Of a DNA stretch of 64,000 bases, positions 60,286 through 64,000 are shown in pieces. This stretch comes from Ignavibacteriota bacterium. GTDB taxonomy: Bacteria; Bacteroidota; Ignavibacteria; UBA10030; UBA6906. The notes beneath the pieces were generated by a model. It had not been told where the DNA came from and searched no databases. It saw only the letters and a list, made by a program, of their open reading frames with translations. Each line of letters starts with the position of its first letter. The first letter of the stretch is position 1. A program made the translations under genes and the position numbers. The DNA lies in NCBI GenBank assembly GCA_963801355.1, contig CAWDEM010000008.1:1984001-2048000 (forward strand), in the 5' to 3' direction.

Positions 60286-62439
60286 TTATTGAGTGCTCTC
60301 TTTCCTCTTATCATTCGGGAGCGGAAACGAAAGCGTAAACGTGCTTCCCTTGCCGACTTCGCTTACCACCTCGATTGTACCTGCGTGCGCCTCGATGGTT
60401 TCCTTGACCAGTGTCAGACCTATGCCGCTCCCCGGGATGTTTCTTCCGTCTTGCAGCGGAGCGCGATAGAATTTGTCAAAGATCCTCTCGCTATCCTTCT
60501 TGCTTATTCCGATACCGTGATCGGTCACTGCAACGAGGATAGCATTGTTTTGGAGTCTGGCAGATACCTCAACGACCTTTTCATTGCGGGAATACTTGAC
60601 GGCGTTATCCAGAAGATTCAGCAATGCCTGTTCATACGCCTCCACATCCAGAGTACATGGTGGCAAATTGCTCTCGATGTTCTCTTTGATGGCGACTCCT
60701 TGCCCATCGACGAGCAAACGGAAACGCTCAATCGCCTTCTCAGTTGCATCGCGAATCGAGGTGACTTCCGTCCGGTATGTTTTCTTCCCTCTGTCGACTC
60801 GCGAGAAATCGAGAATGTTCTCAACCAGATGGGTGAGGCGCTGGGCTTCGCGTTCGATCAAATGAAAGTACTCCCGTTGTTGTTCCTGGCCCGTGACCCA
60901 ACCTTCGTTCAAGTTCTCCGAGAGTGTTCTGATTGTGGCGATAGGAGTCTTAATCTCATGGGAAACGTTGGCAATGAACTCGGATTTCATCACCGCAATC
61001 CGCTCCTCACGTGAGATATCCCGCAGGATGAAGACTATCCCAAACGCGATCAACACGATAACCGAAGCGAGAAGGACGTAGTAGACAAGCAGACTTTTCG
61101 AGGAGATCGCCTCAAGAGGATCCTCCCCCTTCGTAACCAATGCCAGCTTGGTTCCTGAAGCGAGCTGTTCAAATCGGGCAAACGGTTGCGTTAAGACGAC
61201 TGATGCTGTTGCCAATTCCGATGGAGCGAGAATGTTGTTCGCCGTATCAATCAAAGCGATGCGAACATCTTCGCTTGGCTGTGATTGTTTCAGTGCCGAC
61301 AGAGCAGCCTCCGTGAGCGCATCCTGTCGCATCCTGAAACCAACAAACCTGATGAAGGATTGCTCATCATCGTTGGCACCCACTGCAGTGGTCCAAAGAG
61401 CACTGTCAACTGTCGCGGAGAAATATCGAATCTCGCTCTTCTCCCGGCGATTACTGAATCGGAGATTCCCCTTGCCGCGGGAGTCAAGGTCCTGCCTGAT
61501 TTTCGGAACTATTGCCGTCAAAAGCATTTCACGGAAGCGTTGCTCATCCCCAATTTCTTTTTCGAGCGTTGCGATCGAATCCAGTGCGGCCCGCTGAGAT
61601 GGGGATAAAGAGTGTTGTTGACGCTCCAATCGCGATTTCACCTGATTGAGAAAGAACTCATATTGTGCGCGTTCGCATTTGTCGAATTGCACAATGAGCA
61701 TCTTGTAGAAGTCGAGCATCTCATTGCCCGTTACCAGGGAGGAACCATTCTCTTTCGCCATCTCAAGAAGCTGTAGGCGGGCAACGAGAACGTACGGCAT
61801 TCCCTCGCCGTAGAACTGATTGTGATCCTCGTTGATTATTCTCTGATAGGTCCTCCGGGCATTCCCAAAGTCGGTCTTTTTGAACTGGCACCGGGCAATG
61901 CGTGAGAGAAACGCGGATTGGAGGGGTTTGGAGAGCCTGGAAGAAAAGCCTCTTTGATATTCTGTTAGAGCTTCATCAAGTTTCCCCTGAACCTCAAGAA
62001 GATCTCCGGCACCGAGATACTCACTTTCTTGGAGACGCAACATGCTCCGATCTCTCATGTCGTCGACGCCCACGTCCCGAAAGGTCTTGGGAAAAACCAC
62101 TCGAAGGTTGTTATCGAGGAAGAAGACACCTTGCACGACAGAAGATTGCGTACTGAAGTTTCGGAGAGAATCGATGTGGCTCGTAGTCAGTTGACGAGGA
62201 GGCGAAAGTTGCCGGAACGAGGCGCGGATCTGATCATTCAAATCAGATTCAATGTAGTCAACCGCCAGCGAAAGAGATCTCTTGAGGTTTTCCAGCACAA
62301 GCTGTTGTTGCCACTGCTTTTCTTGCTTGATGGACTTGAGGCCCAGGTAACCGAGAAACACGCAGGGAATCAGAACGGCGATGACAAATATCGTCACGAC
62401 GCGCTTTCGCAGCCTGGGCTTTAGCACTCTACCGATCAT
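60286..62439 (-). CDS. Sensor histidine kinase with large periplasmic (TPR-like) domain
   Basis: Two TMs; VSHEIKTP, NLLDNAVKY, DHGIGI, GSGIGL. Confidence 0.92.
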   Translation of the reverse strand: MIGRVLKPRLRKRVVTIFVIAVLIPCVFLGYLGLKSIKQEKQWQQQLVLENLKRSLSLAVDYIESDLNDQIRASFRQLSPPRQLTTSHIDSLRNFSTQSSVVQGVFFLDNNLRVVFPKTFRDVGVDDMRDRSMLRLQESEYLGAGDLLEVQGKLDEALTEYQRGFSSRLSKPLQSAFLSRIARCQFKKTDFGNARRTYQRIINEDHNQFYGEGMPYVLVARLQLLEMAKENGSSLVTGNEMLDFYKMLIVQFDKCERAQYEFFLNQVKSRLERQQHSLSPSQRAALDSIATLEKEIGDEQRFREMLLTAIVPKIRQDLDSRGKGNLRFSNRREKSEIRYFSATVDSALWTTAVGANDDEQSFIRFVGFRMRQDALTEAALSALKQSQPSEDVRIALIDTANNILAPSELATASVVLTQPFARFEQLASGTKLALVTKGEDPLEAISSKSLLVYYVLLASVIVLIAFGIVFILRDISREERIAVMKSEFIANVSHEIKTPIATIRTLSENLNEGWVTGQEQQREYFHLIEREAQRLTHLVENILDFSRVDRGKKTYRTEVTSIRDATEKAIERFRLLVDGQGVAIKENIESNLPPCTLDVEAYEQALLNLLDNAVKYSRNEKVVEVSARLQNNAILVAVTDHGIGISKKDSERIFDKFYRAPLQDGRNIPGSGIGLTLVKETIEAHAGTIEVVSEVGKGSTFTLSFPLPNDKRKESTQ

Positions 62440-62492
62440 GGGCAAGACTTCAATTCAATCGTGGGAAGGATAACGAATCCAGTGAAGCGTAT

Positions 62493-62528
62493 TGTCAGGA
62501 AATCGTCGGAATTTGTCAAAAATTGTTG
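62493..62528 (-). promoter_or_regulatory. Four phased TGTCA-like repeats upstream of the HK-RR operon
   Basis: Half-sites at 62493, 62504, 62514, 62524; shares TTGTCAGGAAAT with 59440. Confidence 0.6.
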
Positions 62529-63050
62529 AGATTGCCCTCATCGGCCGAGCAGACTCATACCCGCACTCTGTTTGACCACATAATTCATCTCTCAAAGTTC
62601 TTCCGCTATTCGTTCACGTTGGTCCTCTAAGGAGCTGCCCGGGATCAGAAAAGGAATGATACTTTCCTTTTCGGCTTCATAGACTTCTCTTCCATGGAAA
62701 ACTATCCTCAGGGGGGACATGTTGAGGGGATTACTACTAAGCTACCAGAGTCGACAATGAAACGCAATCCGGCCACTCGGCAACATAGTTACGTTTCCTT
62801 TTCACGCGCCTGCACTGTATTGCCCATTGGCTGGTGTTAGGCTGCTCGACCAAGGTGTGCCTGAACAGGTCGGAGAAGGGGATCAGGAGATGGGTGATAC
62901 AAATTCGGAATGCGCCGGGCAGAGATCGACCGGCAAATTCCACCTCGTGCAAAATACAACTCTCGCCGCCGTCGTCTTTGTGCCGTGTGCCCTGGCATCC
63001 ATGATTGCATGGATGCTGTGCAATCGGTTGAATCTCGAGAAATAAGGAAA

Positions 63051-63077
63051 TCCCCGAATCTGTTCTGGATTCGGGGA
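63051..63077 (-). terminator. Terminator downstream of tRNA-Thr
   Basis: TCCCCGAATC-N7-GATTCGGGGA followed by T-rich sequence on the minus strand. Confidence 0.75.
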
Positions 63078-63081
63078 ATCT

Positions 63082-63157
63082 TGGAGCTGGCGGGCGGATT
63101 TGAACCGTCGACCTGCTGATTACGAATCAGCTGCTCTACCAGCTGAGCTACGCCAGC
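63082..63157 (-). tRNA. tRNA-Thr(CGT)
   Basis: GCTGGCGTAGCTCAGCTGGTAGAGCAGCTGATTCGTAATCAGCAGGTCGACGGTTCAAATCCGCCCGCCAGCTCCA; 76 nt with encoded CCA. Confidence 0.97.
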
Positions 63158-63220
63158 ACATCGTGGGCTCCCTCATTTCTGCCACACAATCGCTAAGTAT
63201 ACGCACTTTTGATCAGGGAA

Positions 63221-63970
63221 TCAACTCGTCTGATGGTCCATGTCGTAGAGCAGAACGGGTTTCGGATGCACCTTCCTCATCCGGATATTCAACATCTCCA
63301 CAAACACCGAGAACGCCATCGCAAAATATATATACCCCTTGGAGATGTGCTGATGAAGCCCCTCTGCAACCAGCGTCACACCGATCAGGAGAAGGAAACT
63401 CAAGGCAAGCATGGTAATGGTGGGGTGCCGGTGCACAAATCTGCCGAGAGCGCCCGAGGACACCATCATGACGATCACCGCTATGACAATTGCAGCAATC
63501 ATGATCCCCACCTGATTGGCCATGCCAACCGCCGTTATGACGGAATCCAAGGAGAAAACAATATCCAGAATCATGATCTGGAAGATCGTCCCCCAGAAAG
63601 ACATGACCTTCCGCGCCACTTTTCTGTGATCCTCCGGTCCCTCCAATTTGTCATGGATCTCAAAGGTGCTTTTGGCGATCAGGAAAAGTCCGCCACATAT
63701 CAAAATCAAATCACGCCCCGAGACGAAGAAGCCCAGCACATCGAACAATGGTCGGGTCAACTTCATGATGGCCGAAAGTGAGAGAAGGAGCAGCACGCGC
63801 GTCACCATTGCCCCGGCGAGCCCGACGGTCCGTCCTCGCTGCTGCTGGTGCGGCGGCAACTTGCCGGTAAGTATCGATATGAATATGATGTTGTCGATCC
63901 CCAGGACGATTTCCAGCACCGTCAGGGTGACAAGCGCGATCCAGGATTCAGGTTGGAAAATCCATTCCAT
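63221..63970 (-). CDS. TerC-family membrane protein
   Basis: LEIVLGIDNIIFI, GGLFLIAKST.EIH, DIVFSLDSVITAVGM, KGYIYFAMAFS. Confidence 0.93.
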   Translation of the reverse strand: MEWIFQPESWIALVTLTVLEIVLGIDNIIFISILTGKLPPHQQQRGRTVGLAGAMVTRVLLLLSLSAIMKLTRPLFDVLGFFVSGRDLILICGGLFLIAKSTFEIHDKLEGPEDHRKVARKVMSFWGTIFQIMILDIVFSLDSVITAVGMANQVGIMIAAIVIAVIVMMVSSGALGRFVHRHPTITMLALSFLLLIGVTLVAEGLHQHISKGYIYFAMAFSVFVEMLNIRMRKVHPKPVLLYDMDHQTS

Positions 63971-64000
63971 TGGGGTCTCTCTCTCTATTCACTGTTGCCA

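Noticed and set aside
62737-62952. Possible HicB-like antitoxin remnant (YVAEWP)
   Set aside because: Only a few matching residues; no downstream G.T.EEA motif and no hicA.

Overview
Chromosomal segment of a GC-rich FCB-group bacterium. The lineage is probably Ignavibacteriota/Bacteroidota-like, inferred from a T9SS-type C-terminal sorting domain, a stand-alone atpD-atpC pair and a Reg_prop/Y_Y_Y kinase. Housekeeping genes (smpB, tyrS, pdaD, rpiB, rlpA, manC, atpDC, tRNA-Thr, terC) are interleaved with accessory modules. (1) Three paralogous TPR-like proteins, one fused to a TonB C-terminal domain. (2) An ECF sigma/zinc-finger anti-sigma pair. (3) A five-gene putative lipid-modification operon (UbiA prenyltransferase, DAG/sphingosine-type kinase, ThiL-like kinase, SPT/AONS-family enzyme, B12 radical SAM) preceded by a 13-bp tandem array. 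(4) A putative sigma54-driven Qrc/ACIII-like redox operon bracketed by two Cys-rich GcvH-like proteins that lack the lipoyl lysine, plus a micro-protein; all three share a (M/L)ADGG motif. It converges on a heme-c sensor kinase, archaemetzincin and NtrC-type regulator operon. (5) An AT-richer block of two-component systems beside tRNA-Thr, with phased candidate regulator-binding repeats. No CRISPR array, rRNA, integrase or intact IS was seen. All product calls come from motif recognition by eye, not database searches.
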